From positions 322,342-386,341 of the forward strand of contig CAZXEQ010000002.1 in the NCBI GenBank assembly GCA_964640155.1: DNA of 64,000 nucleotides, written 5' to 3'. The notes below the pieces were generated by a model. That model worked only from the letters and a program-made list of their open reading frames with translations. It did not search any database and had not been told where the DNA came from. Source of the DNA: an uncultured bacterium (GTDB taxonomy: Bacteria > Auribacterota > JACPWU01). Of the stretch, positions 18,555 through 28,589 are shown piece after piece. Every line of letters begins with the position of its first letter. Positions within the stretch are counted from its first letter, which is position 1. A program made the translations under genes and the position numbers.

Positions 18555-19154
18555 ATGAGTTATAAGCTAGATGCTTTTCAAGATTTAATAGATGCTTTTA
18601 AGCTTTTCCCGGGTATTGGTACGAAAACTGCTGAACGCATGGCCCTTCATTTATTGAAGGCTCCTCTTCAGAAAACCAAAGATTTTTCAAGAATGGTCCA
18701 GGTTGCGCGAGAGCGCTTGAGATTTTGTTCAGAGTGTTTTCTCTTTACTGAGAAAAATCCATGTGCTGTATGTCAGGATTCTGAAAGAGATAGAAATATC
18801 ATTTGTGTTGTGGAGGAGGCTAAAGATGCTTTTGTCCTTGAGAGATCTGGGGGATTTCAAGGACTTTATCATGTTTTAATGGGGAAAATTTCTCCTTTGG
18901 ATGGAATTGGTCCTGATGAATTAAAAGTCATGGAACTTTTAAAGCGTGTTCAACAACTGAAGCCACGAGAAATTATTTTGGCGACAGGAATGGATGTAGA
19001 AGGAGAAGCAACAGCGCTTTATTTAGGGAAGTTGTTGTCAACGGAAGGGATTGTTATTTCTCGAATTGCTTATGGAATCCCTGTGGGAATGGGCTTAGAC
19101 TATGCAGATGAATTGACTTTGACTAGAGCTTTGGAAGCAAGAACAAGTCTTTAA
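18555..19154 (+). CDS. recR: recombination protein RecR
   Basis: HhH motif PGIGTKTAERMA, C4 zinc finger CSECFLF...CAVC, Toprim region; ATG 1 nt after dnaX stop. Confidence 0.9.
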   Translation: MSYKLDAFQDLIDAFKLFPGIGTKTAERMALHLLKAPLQKTKDFSRMVQVARERLRFCSECFLFTEKNPCAVCQDSERDRNIICVVEEAKDAFVLERSGGFQGLYHVLMGKISPLDGIGPDELKVMELLKRVQQLKPREIILATGMDVEGEATALYLGKLLSTEGIVISRIAYGIPVGMGLDYADELTLTRALEARTSL

Positions 19155-19238
19155 AAGAAGGGATTTCATTGCATTTGGATCAGACCTGTGTTACTAAAGA
19201 TGCTTGTTCTACTGTAGAGGAAAGGAAGTAAGAGTTCT

Positions 19239-21176
19239 ATGGCTAAAAAGAAAAAAGGTTTCCCAAAAGAAATGATGCAAGGTAAGCCCTTTAAGCCAGC
19301 GATGTTTTGGATTTTATTAGGCGCAGCCCTTCTCTATCTTTTTAATATTAATAATATTGCTAAAAAGGGTGTGGATCATCCTTCCTATAGCCAATTCTTT
19401 GAGTCCGTGAAAAGTGGCAATGTGCGTGGAGTTGATCTTATGGGCGATATTGTTCGGGGTGAATATCAAAATGGACAACGGTTTTTACTCAACATTCCTA
19501 AGGAAGACAGTGCGTTATTGGCTGCGTTAAGAGAGAATGTTCGAGATTTTAATATTCGCTCGGAAAATAACCTTTGGGCCAGCCTTCTTTTTTCATTAGC
19601 CCCTATGGTGCTCTTTATTGGGTTTTTATGGTTTTTTGTTTATCGTCAAATGAAAGGGGTTGGAGGCGGTGCGCTCAGTTTTGGAAAATCTCGAGCCAAA
19701 CTTTTGACCAAAGATCGGGAAAAAATTACTTTCAAAGATGTTGCAGGTGTAGATGAGGCGAAAGAAGAACTACAGGAAATCATCGAGTTTTTAAAAGACC
19801 CTAAAAAATTTCAGAAATTAGGCGGACGTATTCCCAAAGGCGTTTTATTAATGGGACCTCCAGGTTCAGGGAAAACACTTCTTGCGAAATCGGTTGCGGG
19901 TGAGGCAGATGTTCCTTTTTTTACCATTAGCGGGTCAGATTTTGTGGAGATGTTTGTGGGTGTAGGGGCTTCTCGCGTTCGTGATCTTTTTGAACAGGGG
20001 AAGAAGCATGCCCCCTGTATTATTTTTATTGATGAAATTGATGCAGTGGGTCGCCATCGTGGAGCTGGTATTGGTGGCGGACATGATGAGCGTGAACAAA
20101 CGTTGAACGCTATTTTGGTGGAGATGGATGGATTTGATACACAAGAAGGCGTGATCATCATGGCGGCTACCAACCGACCTGATGTATTGGATCCAGCTCT
20201 TTTGAGACCAGGTAGATTCGATCGACAAGTGGTTGTAGATTTACCGGATCTTCATGGACGTTTGGGCATTTTAAAGGTGCATACCAAAAGAGTGGTTTTG
20301 GCTCAAGATATTGATCTTTCTATCATTGCACGTGGTACGCCTGGTTTTTCTGGAGCAGATTTGGCTAATTTGGTGAATGAAGCGGCTCTTTTGGCTGCAC
20401 GACATGGCAAGAAATCCATTAGCTTGCCGGAAATGGAAGAAGCCAGGGATAAGGTGCGTTGGGGGCGTGAACGAAAAAGTCGAAATCTTTCTGAAGAAGA
20501 TAAAAGGATTACTGCCTATCACGAATCTGGACATGCCTTGGTTCTGCATTTGCTTCCAGAAACAGAACCTTTACATAAGGTAACGATTATTCCTAGAGGT
20601 GTCGCTTATTTGGGAGCTACCATGCAGCTTCCAGAAAGAGATAAATACACAGAATCTAAAAAAGAAATCTTAGGCCAGATTACAGGTATGATGGGGGGTC
20701 GTGTAGCTGAAGAAATTATGTTTGGAGAAATTACTTCGGGTGCGTCCAATGACATCAAAAACGCAACAACACTCGCCCGAAAAATGGTATGCGAATGGGG
20801 GATGAGTGATAAGTTAGGCCCTATGACTTTTGGCGAGCATGAAGAACATATTTTTTTAGGTAGAGAAATTTCAAGATCTGTTGATTATTCGGAATCCACA
20901 GCCATTGAAATTGATCGTGAGGTACGTCGCATCATTGATGAATGCTATCAGAGAGCCAAAAGCATTATTATAGAAAATAAAGACAAATTGATTGCCCTGG
21001 CTGAAACTTTAATCAAAAGAGAAGTGATGGAAGGCAAAGAAGTTGATGCGATTATCTCTGGGAAAGTAGTTCCTCATATCGAACCTTCTGCAAATCCTTA
21101 TGACCGGATTTTAAAGAAGCGGTCTCAACAAGATGTACAGGCGATTCATGAACCCCAAACCGAGTCTGCCCCCTGA
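19239..21176 (+). CDS. ftsH: ATP-dependent zinc metalloprotease FtsH
   Basis: N-terminal TM segments, AAA Walker A GPPGSGKT, Walker [10 protein letters not shown], zinc protease motif HESGHAL. Confidence 0.93.
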   Translation: MAKKKKGFPKEMMQGKPFKPAMFWILLGAALLYLFNINNIAKKGVDHPSYSQFFESVKSGNVRGVDLMGDIVRGEYQNGQRFLLNIPKEDSALLAALRENVRDFNIRSENNLWASLLFSLAPMVLFIGFLWFFVYRQMKGVGGGALSFGKSRAKLLTKDREKITFKDVAGVDEAKEELQEIIEFLKDPKKFQKLGGRIPKGVLLMGPPGSGKTLLAKSVAGEADVPFFTISGSDFVEMFVGVGASRVRDLFEQGKKHAPCIIFIDEIDAVGRHRGAGIGGGHDEREQTLNAILVEMDGFDTQEGVIIMAATNRPDVLDPALLRPGRFDRQVVVDLPDLHGRLGILKVHTKRVVLAQDIDLSIIARGTPGFSGADLANLVNEAALLAARHGKKSISLPEMEEARDKVRWGRERKSRNLSEEDKRITAYHESGHALVLHLLPETEPLHKVTIIPRGVAYLGATMQLPERDKYTESKKEILGQITGMMGGRVAEEIMFGEITSGASNDIKNATTLARKMVCEWGMSDKLGPMTFGEHEEHIFLGREISRSVDYSESTAIEIDREVRRIIDECYQRAKSIIIENKDKLIALAETLIKREVMEGKEVDAIISGKVVPHIEPSANPYDRILKKRSQQDVQAIHEPQTESAP

Positions 21177-22014
21177 AGTAAAATCTATTTGGAAAATTAA
21201 AGATCGAACGTTGACCTTTTCTCGGCGTCCTCTCATCATGGCTATTCTCAATGTTACTCCAGACTCTTTTTCAGATGGAGGGCGATTTTTAGATAGAGGA
21301 AAAGCAATTGAGCAGGCAATGATATTGGTTAAAGAAGGTGCGGATATTTTGGACATTGGAGGGATGTCAACACGTCCAGGTGCAGAGGAAATCCCTGTAG
21401 AAGAAGAACTGAGGCGTGTGATTGAAGTAATTCAAGCTTTGAGTTCTCAAATTAAAATTCCTATTTCTATTGATACCTATCGAGCGCAGGTTGCTGAACA
21501 GGCTTTAGCAGCGGGTGCCCATATTGTGAATGATATTGGGGCTTTAGGCCTAGATTCTAGAATGGCTTCTGTTGTGAGGGACATGGGGGCAGGTCTTATT
21601 CTGATGCATATGAGAGGAACTCCCCAGACCATGCAAAAAGACTTACATTATGAAGATTTACTAGAAGAGGTTTCGAAATTTTTAAAGAATCGTTTACAAG
21701 TTGCTCGAGAAAATGGAATTAGTGAGGAGCAAATGGTTGTGGATCCCGGTCTTGGTTTTGGAAAAAGTTTCGAGCAAAATTTAGAAATCTTAAAGAATCT
21801 AGAGTTCTTTCATCAGATGGAACGTCCTCTTCTTGTAGGCCCTTCCCGAAAATCATTCATTGGCCAAATCTTGCAGAATACTCCTGAAAAAAGGCTCTGG
21901 GGGACACTTGCTTCTGTCACGGCCTGTTTTTATCACAGAGCAAATATTCTTCGTGTTCATGATGTGCTCCCTGTTTTTGAGTTTTTAAAAGTCCTTTGTG
22001 AAATTGAGAAATAG
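21133..22014 (+). CDS. folP: dihydropteroate synthase
   Basis: ILNVTPDSFSDGG pterin-binding signature; overlaps 3' end of ftsH so true start is probably an internal Met. Confidence 0.85.
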   Translation: MYRRFMNPKPSLPPEVKSIWKIKDRTLTFSRRPLIMAILNVTPDSFSDGGRFLDRGKAIEQAMILVKEGADILDIGGMSTRPGAEEIPVEEELRRVIEVIQALSSQIKIPISIDTYRAQVAEQALAAGAHIVNDIGALGLDSRMASVVRDMGAGLILMHMRGTPQTMQKDLHYEDLLEEVSKFLKNRLQVARENGISEEQMVVDPGLGFGKSFEQNLEILKNLEFFHQMERPLLVGPSRKSFIGQILQNTPEKRLWGTLASVTACFYHRANILRVHDVLPVFEFLKVLCEIEK

Positions 22015-22030
22015 GTTTTGCTATAAAAAT

Positions 22031-22150
22031 ATATTCTTTAAGTAAGAAGCGGGTCCTGACGCTTGGCAGCCTCACCATACTTATGAAAAATTGCGCGCGG
22101 TGGGGCTTCCCCGCCAAGCGTCACCCATATCTATAAAGAACATACTTTTA
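22031..22150 (+). repeat. palindromic repeat element (RPE-like) copy A, intergenic folP-cdaA
   Basis: Aligns to the other six copies (gggtcctgac...aaaaattgcgcgcgg.ggggc..ccccgcc.agcgtcaccc); most diverged copy. Confidence 0.6.
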
Positions 22151-22244
22151 ATAAGTTCAACCGGAAAAGTAGATTTTTGAATTTTCCGTTATCTCTTTCG
22201 AATCAAAATGAAGTAAAATCTTTTTAACAACAAAGCGAGATTTT

Positions 22245-23042
22245 ATGTCAAGCATCATTCACTTTATAGCTACTTCTTGGCGACCCGTCATAGAAGTCTC
22301 TATTTTAGCTGTCTTCTTTTACTATCTTTTTGGTTTTATTCAAGGGACACGTGCGGTTCAAGTGCTTAAGGGATTGGTCATTTTGTTGGCTATTTTCTTT
22401 GTAGCGCAACGATTAGACTTAAGTATTGTTAATTGGATTTTAGGGCGTGTCTTTCCTGTGGCAGTCATTGCACTTATTATTCTCTTTCAGCCAGAATTAA
22501 GAAAAGTATTGGCAGGGTTAGGGGGGAATCCCTTTATTCCAAGTCTCGGAAGAAATGAAGCGGTACTGGATATGATTGCAGAAACGTGTGAAATTCTCTC
22601 AAAAAAAAGAATTGGAGCCTTGATTGCCATTGAAGATGATGTAGGGCTTAAAAATTATGTGGAGAGTGGAATAAAGATTGACGCCCTTGTTTCTCAAGAA
22701 CTTTTGATTACGATTTTTTTTCAGAAAACACCCCTTCATGATGGAGGAGTGATTATTGAAGGGGAGCATATTTCAGCTGCTGCTTGTCTTTTCCCTTTAA
22801 CGCAACAGCCTCATATTCAAAAGTCTGTAGGTACGAGGCATCGTGCAGCCTTAGGACTTTCTGAAGAAACCGATGCGGCTGTGATTGTTGTGTCTGAAGA
22901 AACAGGCAGAATCTCTGTTGCTTTGGATGGGAAATTTGTTGAAGATCTAGATCAAGAAACTTTAAAGAAACTTCTCAAAGTTCGGCTTATTGGAGATCAA
23001 TCAAAAAAGGGTTGGTTTTATACGAGAAGAAAAAAGCTATGA
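22245..23042 (+). CDS. cdaA: diadenylate cyclase CdaA (DisA_N/DAC domain)
   Basis: N-terminal TM helices, LHDGGVII and TRHRAALG motifs of DAC domain. Confidence 0.8.
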   Translation: MSSIIHFIATSWRPVIEVSILAVFFYYLFGFIQGTRAVQVLKGLVILLAIFFVAQRLDLSIVNWILGRVFPVAVIALIILFQPELRKVLAGLGGNPFIPSLGRNEAVLDMIAETCEILSKKRIGALIAIEDDVGLKNYVESGIKIDALVSQELLITIFFQKTPLHDGGVIIEGEHISAAACLFPLTQQPHIQKSVGTRHRAALGLSEETDAAVIVVSEETGRISVALDGKFVEDLDQETLKKLLKVRLIGDQSKKGWFYTRRKKL

Positions 23043-23980
23043 ACATTCCATCTTGGTTGCATCATAATTTTTTGCTCAAAATTTCCTCGGTGCTTTTATC
23101 CATTGCGGTATGGACCATGGTGCGAGGAGAAGTGAGGACGACTAAAGTTTTTCATCGAGTGAACTATCAACTGGAAATTCCTTCTTCCATGGGTGTCGTT
23201 GAAAAAAGTGTTCGCTTCCTCAAGATTACTCTTACAGGCCCTCGAGATGTCATGAGAGAGACATTAAAGAACTCGATTCGTATTGTTCATCGTTTAAAGG
23301 GAATTCAAGGACCAGGCGCTGTTCAATTTCAATTGTCTTCGAAGGATTTTGCATTACCATCAGGGGTGGAACTCTTAGATGTTTCGCCTAGGTATTTAAG
23401 AGTAGTTTTAGATCGTTTGATTGATAAAGAGTTAAAAGTAAAACCTCAATTTGTAGGAAATCCAGGACAGGGTTTTCAAATGAGAGAACACTCTGTGAAT
23501 CCTACGATTGTAAAGGTGAGGGGTCCGGAAGGAAAGTTACAAAAATTAACAGAAATTGAGACACAACCTATTCTTTTGACTGGGAGAACACGTTCTTTTA
23601 TTCAAACTGTTGCTTTGAAACCTCTTTTAGAAGAAATTCACCATCAAAAGGTTCAGTATGTGGATGTGTATGTAAAAATTCAAACACAGTTATCTAAAAA
23701 AACATTTGAACATGTGCGATTGATGACATTACAAGGGAGCAAAGGGGAACCCGTCCATTTCGAACCTGCTACTGTGAAAGTGACTTTGGAAGGTCCGGGT
23801 GATTTCTTGGAGAAAATAAATGATACCGATATTCGAGCTTATGTAGATGTTGCAGATTTAAAGTCTGGGAAATATCAACTTCCAGTCAATATATTACCTA
23901 TTCAAGGTACTTCTGTTGTGAATGTAGACCCTCATGTTGTAGAAGTGGAAGTAATTGGAGCATTGGAGACTGTTTCATGA
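23039..23980 (+). CDS. cdaR: CdaA regulatory protein CdaR (YbbR-like)
   Basis: Immediately downstream of and overlapping cdaA, N-terminal TM, repeated beta-rich YbbR-like segments; start set at internal Met (MNIPSW). Confidence 0.65.
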   Translation: MNIPSWLHHNFLLKISSVLLSIAVWTMVRGEVRTTKVFHRVNYQLEIPSSMGVVEKSVRFLKITLTGPRDVMRETLKNSIRIVHRLKGIQGPGAVQFQLSSKDFALPSGVELLDVSPRYLRVVLDRLIDKELKVKPQFVGNPGQGFQMREHSVNPTIVKVRGPEGKLQKLTEIETQPILLTGRTRSFIQTVALKPLLEEIHHQKVQYVDVYVKIQTQLSKKTFEHVRLMTLQGSKGEPVHFEPATVKVTLEGPGDFLEKINDTDIRAYVDVADLKSGKYQLPVNILPIQGTSVVNVDPHVVEVEVIGALETVS

Positions 23981-25335
23981 TCTTAAAATTATTTGGAACA
24001 GATGGTATTCGGGGTGTAGCCAATACAGAGCCCATGACTGTTGAGATTGCATTACAATTGGGCCGAGCAGCAGCTCATGTTTTTGGAAATGAATCTAGGC
24101 GACACAGCGTTGTCATCGGAAAAGATACAAGACTTTCTGGTTACATGTTTGAAAGCGCTTTAGCAGCAGGCCTTTGCTCAATGGGCGTCGATGTATTACT
24201 TCTGGGGCCTCTTCCAACACCCGGAGTTGCTTTTATTACAAGGAGTTTAAGGGCAGATGCGGGGATTGTTATTTCTGCAAGTCATAATTCTTTTGAGGAC
24301 AATGGGATTAAATTTTTTTCAAACGAAGGATTAAAACTTCCTGAAGAATTAGAGCGAAAGATAGAATCTTTGATTTCTGAAGGAACCATTACGCATATTC
24401 GACCTACAGCACATCATGTAGGTAAAGCTTTTCGTATTGAGGATGCTTTGGGACGTTATGTGGAATTCGTCAAAAATTCATTCCCTAAGGGGATGACGTT
24501 GGATGGTTTGAAAATTGCCTTAGATTGTGCGAATGGAGCAGCCTACAAAGCTGCTCCTCTGGTGCTTCGAGAACTTGGAGCAAAACTGACTGTGGATCAT
24601 AATCAGCCAGATGGAATGAATATTAATAAGAATTGTGGTTCTTTATATCCTGAGCAGATTTGCCAAAAAGTTGTCAGAGAGCATGCGGATGTGGGAATTG
24701 CTTTAGATGGAGATGCAGATCGTGTCATTTTTTCTGATGAGAAAGGTCGAGAAGTGGATGGCGATGATATTATGGCCATTTGTGCAAAAGATTTCTTTAA
24801 AGATTCGACACGCAAAAAGCTTCTTGTGGCGACGGTGATGAGTAATTTTGGTTTGGATAAATTGATTGAATCTTTGGGAGGACAATTGATTCGTGCTCGC
24901 GTGGGGGATCGTTTCGTCATCGAAGAAATGCTTAAGCATAATGCTTATTTTGGAGGAGAACAGTCAGGTCATATTATTTTTAAAGATTTTACAACAACGG
25001 GAGATGGTCTTATTACGGCCTTACAAATTTTAAGAATTATGGTTGAAACTGGGAAAAAACTTTCAGAATTATGTCAACCTTTCGAAAGATTTCCTCAGAT
25101 TCTGCTAAATGTGAAAGTGAGAGAAAAGAAAAATCTTGATGAAATTGCTTCTGTACAAAAAGCTATTACACATGCCAATGAAATCTTGCAAAAACGTGGG
25201 AGAACTTTTGTACGCTATTCTGGAACAGAGCCTATTGCGCGTGTGATGGTTGAAGGAGAAAATCAAGGTCAAATTCAGGAACTGGCACAAAATATCATTA
25301 CTGCGATTAAAAAAGAAATAGGGGAAAAACCGTAA
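23977..25335 (+). CDS. glmM: phosphoglucosamine mutase
   Basis: LFGTDGIRG start, active-site SASHNSFEDNGIKFF, GDGDADR metal-binding loop; start overlaps cdaR stop (ATGA). Confidence 0.9.
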   Translation: MILKLFGTDGIRGVANTEPMTVEIALQLGRAAAHVFGNESRRHSVVIGKDTRLSGYMFESALAAGLCSMGVDVLLLGPLPTPGVAFITRSLRADAGIVISASHNSFEDNGIKFFSNEGLKLPEELERKIESLISEGTITHIRPTAHHVGKAFRIEDALGRYVEFVKNSFPKGMTLDGLKIALDCANGAAYKAAPLVLRELGAKLTVDHNQPDGMNINKNCGSLYPEQICQKVVREHADVGIALDGDADRVIFSDEKGREVDGDDIMAICAKDFFKDSTRKKLLVATVMSNFGLDKLIESLGGQLIRARVGDRFVIEEMLKHNAYFGGEQSGHIIFKDFTTTGDGLITALQILRIMVETGKKLSELCQPFERFPQILLNVKVREKKNLDEIASVQKAITHANEILQKRGRTFVRYSGTEPIARVMVEGENQGQIQELAQNIITAIKKEIGEKP

Positions 25336-25409
25336 TACGTGATGACGTACTGTGAAAGAATTTATCAAACTAAACGCAGGACGAAATACGCATCACGCAT
25401 GACAAATGT

Positions 25410-26138
25410 ATGATTCATCTAGGCATTAATATTGATCATATTGCAACTTTAAGACAAGCTCGACAGGGAGTGGAACCAGATCCTGTATGGGCTGCTTCTA
25501 TTTGTGAACTTGCGGGAGCTTATAACATTACGGTTCATTTGCGTGAAGACCGTAGACATATTCAGTCTCGAGATTTGGTTCTTTTAAGAGAAACCGTTAA
25601 AAGTAAACTCAATCTTGAAATGGGAAATAATTCTCAAATTCTTCGTGAGGCTCTTGCAGTAAAACCTGATCAAGTGACTTTGGTCCCTGAACGACGAGAA
25701 GAATTGACCACAGAAGGTGGGCTAAATGTTATTAAACATCGGTCTTCTTTATTAAGTTCGATTCAAAAACTTCAGAAAAAAGGGATTGAAACGGGTGTTT
25801 TTATCGAACCAGATGAAGATCAGGTGAAGGCTTCTTCTGAGATAGGCGTGAGCTTTGTTGAATTTCATACAGGTCGTTTTGCAAATGCAAAAAATCTAAA
25901 AGTTCAAGAAAAGGAATTGATTTTATTGTGCCAGGCCGCTGAAGAAGCACATGGCTTAAATTTACATGTTCATGCAGGGCATGGGCTCAATTTTTTGAAT
26001 ATTCATCCCATCAAGAAAATGCCTTATCTTGAGGAGGTTAATATTGGACATGCTATTATCAGTCGAGCGGTATTTATGGGACTTCAAAATGCTGTTCAAG
26101 AAATGTTGAACCTTCTTCGTGTCCCTAGTCCATTATGA
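25410..26138 (+). CDS. pdxJ: pyridoxine 5'-phosphate synthase
   Basis: LGINIDHIATLRQAR N-terminus and EFHTG motif typical of PdxJ. Confidence 0.88.
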   Translation: MIHLGINIDHIATLRQARQGVEPDPVWAASICELAGAYNITVHLREDRRHIQSRDLVLLRETVKSKLNLEMGNNSQILREALAVKPDQVTLVPERREELTTEGGLNVIKHRSSLLSSIQKLQKKGIETGVFIEPDEDQVKASSEIGVSFVEFHTGRFANAKNLKVQEKELILLCQAAEEAHGLNLHVHAGHGLNFLNIHPIKKMPYLEEVNIGHAIISRAVFMGLQNAVQEMLNLLRVPSPL

Positions 26139-26506
26139 AAATTTTAGGCATGGGGTTGGAAATTTTGGATCATCAAGTCTGGGATCAAAAGATTTCTAAG
26201 AAAAGAGAAATTTTTTTAAAAAATAATTTTACACCCTCAGAGAGAAAATATTGTGAGCAAAAAAGAAATTCTAATATGCACTATGGAGTCCGATGGGCTT
26301 GCAAAAATGCGCTCATTCAAGCGTTGCAACTTTCAAAAAAAAATAAAGTTTTTAAAAATATTGAAATAAAATCAAATTCTTCAGGTGTTCCAAAAATTCA
26401 TTTAAACTCTAAGATCTTTCAAGATAAGTTTAAAATTAAAGAAATAAAGTTAAGTCTTTCACATTCAGATGCTTATTCTGTTGCTGAAGTGATTGTTTTT
26501 GGATAA
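26135..26506 (+). CDS. acpS: holo-[acyl-carrier-protein] synthase
   Basis: 123 aa, overlaps pdxJ stop; N-terminal ILGMGLEI and C-terminal SLSHSDAYSVAEVIV pattern. Confidence 0.7.
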   Translation: MKILGMGLEILDHQVWDQKISKKREIFLKNNFTPSERKYCEQKRNSNMHYGVRWACKNALIQALQLSKKNKVFKNIEIKSNSSGVPKIHLNSKIFQDKFKIKEIKLSLSHSDAYSVAEVIVFG

Positions 26507-26517
26507 AGGAATTCAAG

Positions 26518-28092
26518 ATGAAAATTGTTTCTTCTGCACAGATGAGAGATTTGGATCGAAAAGCTATTCAGAATCATGAGATCACTGCTTTGACCTTGAT
26601 GGAAAGAGCGGGGACTGGAGTCGCAAATTTAGTTTTAAAATTATTAGAAGAAAATCATTGGTCTCGTAAAGTTGTTTTTTTTTCAGGCAAAGGAAATAAT
26701 GCAGGAGATGCTTTCGTTGCTGCAAGATTACTCGATGAAAAAGATGTTAAAACTTTGACTTTGGTTTTAGCTTCATTTGATCAAGTTAAAGGGGAAGCTA
26801 AAGAAAACTTAAAAAAATTGCGTTCACGTACGAATCAGGTTTTAGAAATTAAAACACGTGAAGATTTGATACGAATCTTGCACGAATTTTCAGATTGTTC
26901 AATAGGTATTGATGGAATGGTTGGAACAGGGGTTAAGGGGACCACTTTACAAGGTTTATTTGCTGAAGCAGCTGATATTCTCAATGAACTTCCCCTTCGA
27001 TCTGTTGTAGCTATTGATATCCCCAGTGGATTAAATCCTGATACAGGTTTGGTTGAAGGTCCTACAGTTAGAGCAGACCATACCTTAACTTTGGGTCTTC
27101 CTAAAAAAGGGCTTCTTATTCAAGATGGTTTAGAGTGGGCAGGACAGATTCATGTTTTAGACTTAGGATTTCCTAAAGATTTATTAGAAGAACTTGTAAG
27201 TCGTGAATTTCTTTTGACTCCAGATGCATTAAGTCCTTTACCTCAAAGAAATCGAATCAGTCATAAAGGCATCTATGGACATCTTTTTATTTTGGGGGGA
27301 TCTCCTGGTTTAACAGGGGCTCCTTGTCTAGCGGCTCTATCTGCTTTGAGATCGGGTGCAGGTCTTGTTACAGTGGGGATTGCTCAAAGTTTGAACTCTA
27401 TTTTAGAGATCAAACTTACGGAGCCCATGACGTTTCCTTTGCCAGAAAACCCAATTGGATATATAGGCACAAGAGCTTTAGATTCGATCCTTACTTTTTT
27501 AGAACGATGTACGGCGGTTGTTATTGGGCCAGGGCTAGGAAGAGAGAAAGAAACAGTGGAGATGCTGCATCAATTATTTTTAAAATTAGAAATTCCTGTA
27601 GTGATTGATGCCGATGGTTTAAATGCACTTGCACAGGACATTTCTATTTTAAAGAAAATGAAAGCGCCTGTCATTTTAACTCCTCATCCTGGAGAAATGG
27701 CTCGTCTTATGGGGGAGAAAATTTCAGAAATTCAATCTCATCGTTTGGAAATTGCAAAGGACTTTGCAAAAGACTATCAAATCACTCTTGTTTTAAAAGG
27801 GGCAGGGACTGTGATTGCATCTGCCGAAGATTCTATTTTTGTGAATGTGACAGGCAATCCTGGAATGGCAACAGGGGGAATGGGGGATATTTTGGCAGGT
27901 ATTATTGGAGGGTTTTTAGCTCAAGGTGTGAGTCCTTTAGAATCAGCCAAGGCAGGTGTCTATCTTCATGGCATTTGTGGAGATGAAAGCAAAAAGAAGT
28001 ATGCAGAAGAAGGTTTACTTGCAAGTGATCTTTTAAATTTTATTCCGTCTGAACTCAAACAATTAAAACAAACCAGAAGGAAAAAAACATGA
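26518..28092 (+). CDS. nnr: bifunctional NAD(P)H-hydrate epimerase / ADP-dependent dehydratase
   Basis: N-terminal YjeF_N (GKGNNAGDAFVAAR) plus C-terminal carbohydrate-kinase domain (GGSPGLTGAP; GNPGMATGGMGDILAG). Confidence 0.85.
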   Translation: MKIVSSAQMRDLDRKAIQNHEITALTLMERAGTGVANLVLKLLEENHWSRKVVFFSGKGNNAGDAFVAARLLDEKDVKTLTLVLASFDQVKGEAKENLKKLRSRTNQVLEIKTREDLIRILHEFSDCSIGIDGMVGTGVKGTTLQGLFAEAADILNELPLRSVVAIDIPSGLNPDTGLVEGPTVRADHTLTLGLPKKGLLIQDGLEWAGQIHVLDLGFPKDLLEELVSREFLLTPDALSPLPQRNRISHKGIYGHLFILGGSPGLTGAPCLAALSALRSGAGLVTVGIAQSLNSILEIKLTEPMTFPLPENPIGYIGTRALDSILTFLERCTAVVIGPGLGREKETVEMLHQLFLKLEIPVVIDADGLNALAQDISILKKMKAPVILTPHPGEMARLMGEKISEIQSHRLEIAKDFAKDYQITLVLKGAGTVIASAEDSIFVNVTGNPGMATGGMGDILAGIIGGFLAQGVSPLESAKAGVYLHGICGDESKKKYAEEGLLASDLLNFIPSELKQLKQTRRKKT

Positions 28093-28565
28093 AAATAAAT
28101 CATTTTTTTCTAAATACTTTTCTTCTTATATGTACTCTATATGTTATGGGATGTGGAGGTTCTCCGAAAGAAAAAATTAGTCAACATCGTGTGGGAGAAA
28201 AGATTTTGATGGATGACATCGCCTTCACCGTGACTGCGGTTTCTCGTCATCCACAACCTTCCTCTGAATTTTCCGGGCCCGGAGGCCAAGAACAGCTGGT
28301 TATAGATATTGCAGTGATCAATGAAGGAAAGCACCCCGCCGTTTTTAAACTGGAAGAAATTTCTTTAAAAGATGCAAATGGTAAAGTTTATCAAGGAACT
28401 CCAGCAGGAGGACCTGGAAGTCTTTTAAGTACAGGTCGTTTTTTGGCTATGGGAGATAAAATCATAGGGTCATTGCTTTATCAGATTAGTCCGGGAACGA
28501 AGGGTTTGGTTTTGAAGTATGAATGTAAGAAGTTAAAGAAGACATGCTTCATTAAATTGGATTAA
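28089..28565 (+). CDS. hypothetical lipoprotein
   Basis: Signal peptide with lipobox-like VMGC; overlaps nnr stop. Confidence 0.5.
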   Translation: MKINHFFLNTFLLICTLYVMGCGGSPKEKISQHRVGEKILMDDIAFTVTAVSRHPQPSSEFSGPGGQEQLVIDIAVINEGKHPAVFKLEEISLKDANGKVYQGTPAGGPGSLLSTGRFLAMGDKIIGSLLYQISPGTKGLVLKYECKKLKKTCFIKLD

Positions 28566-28589
28566 TGGCGCCGCAATAATCCTGGTGTT

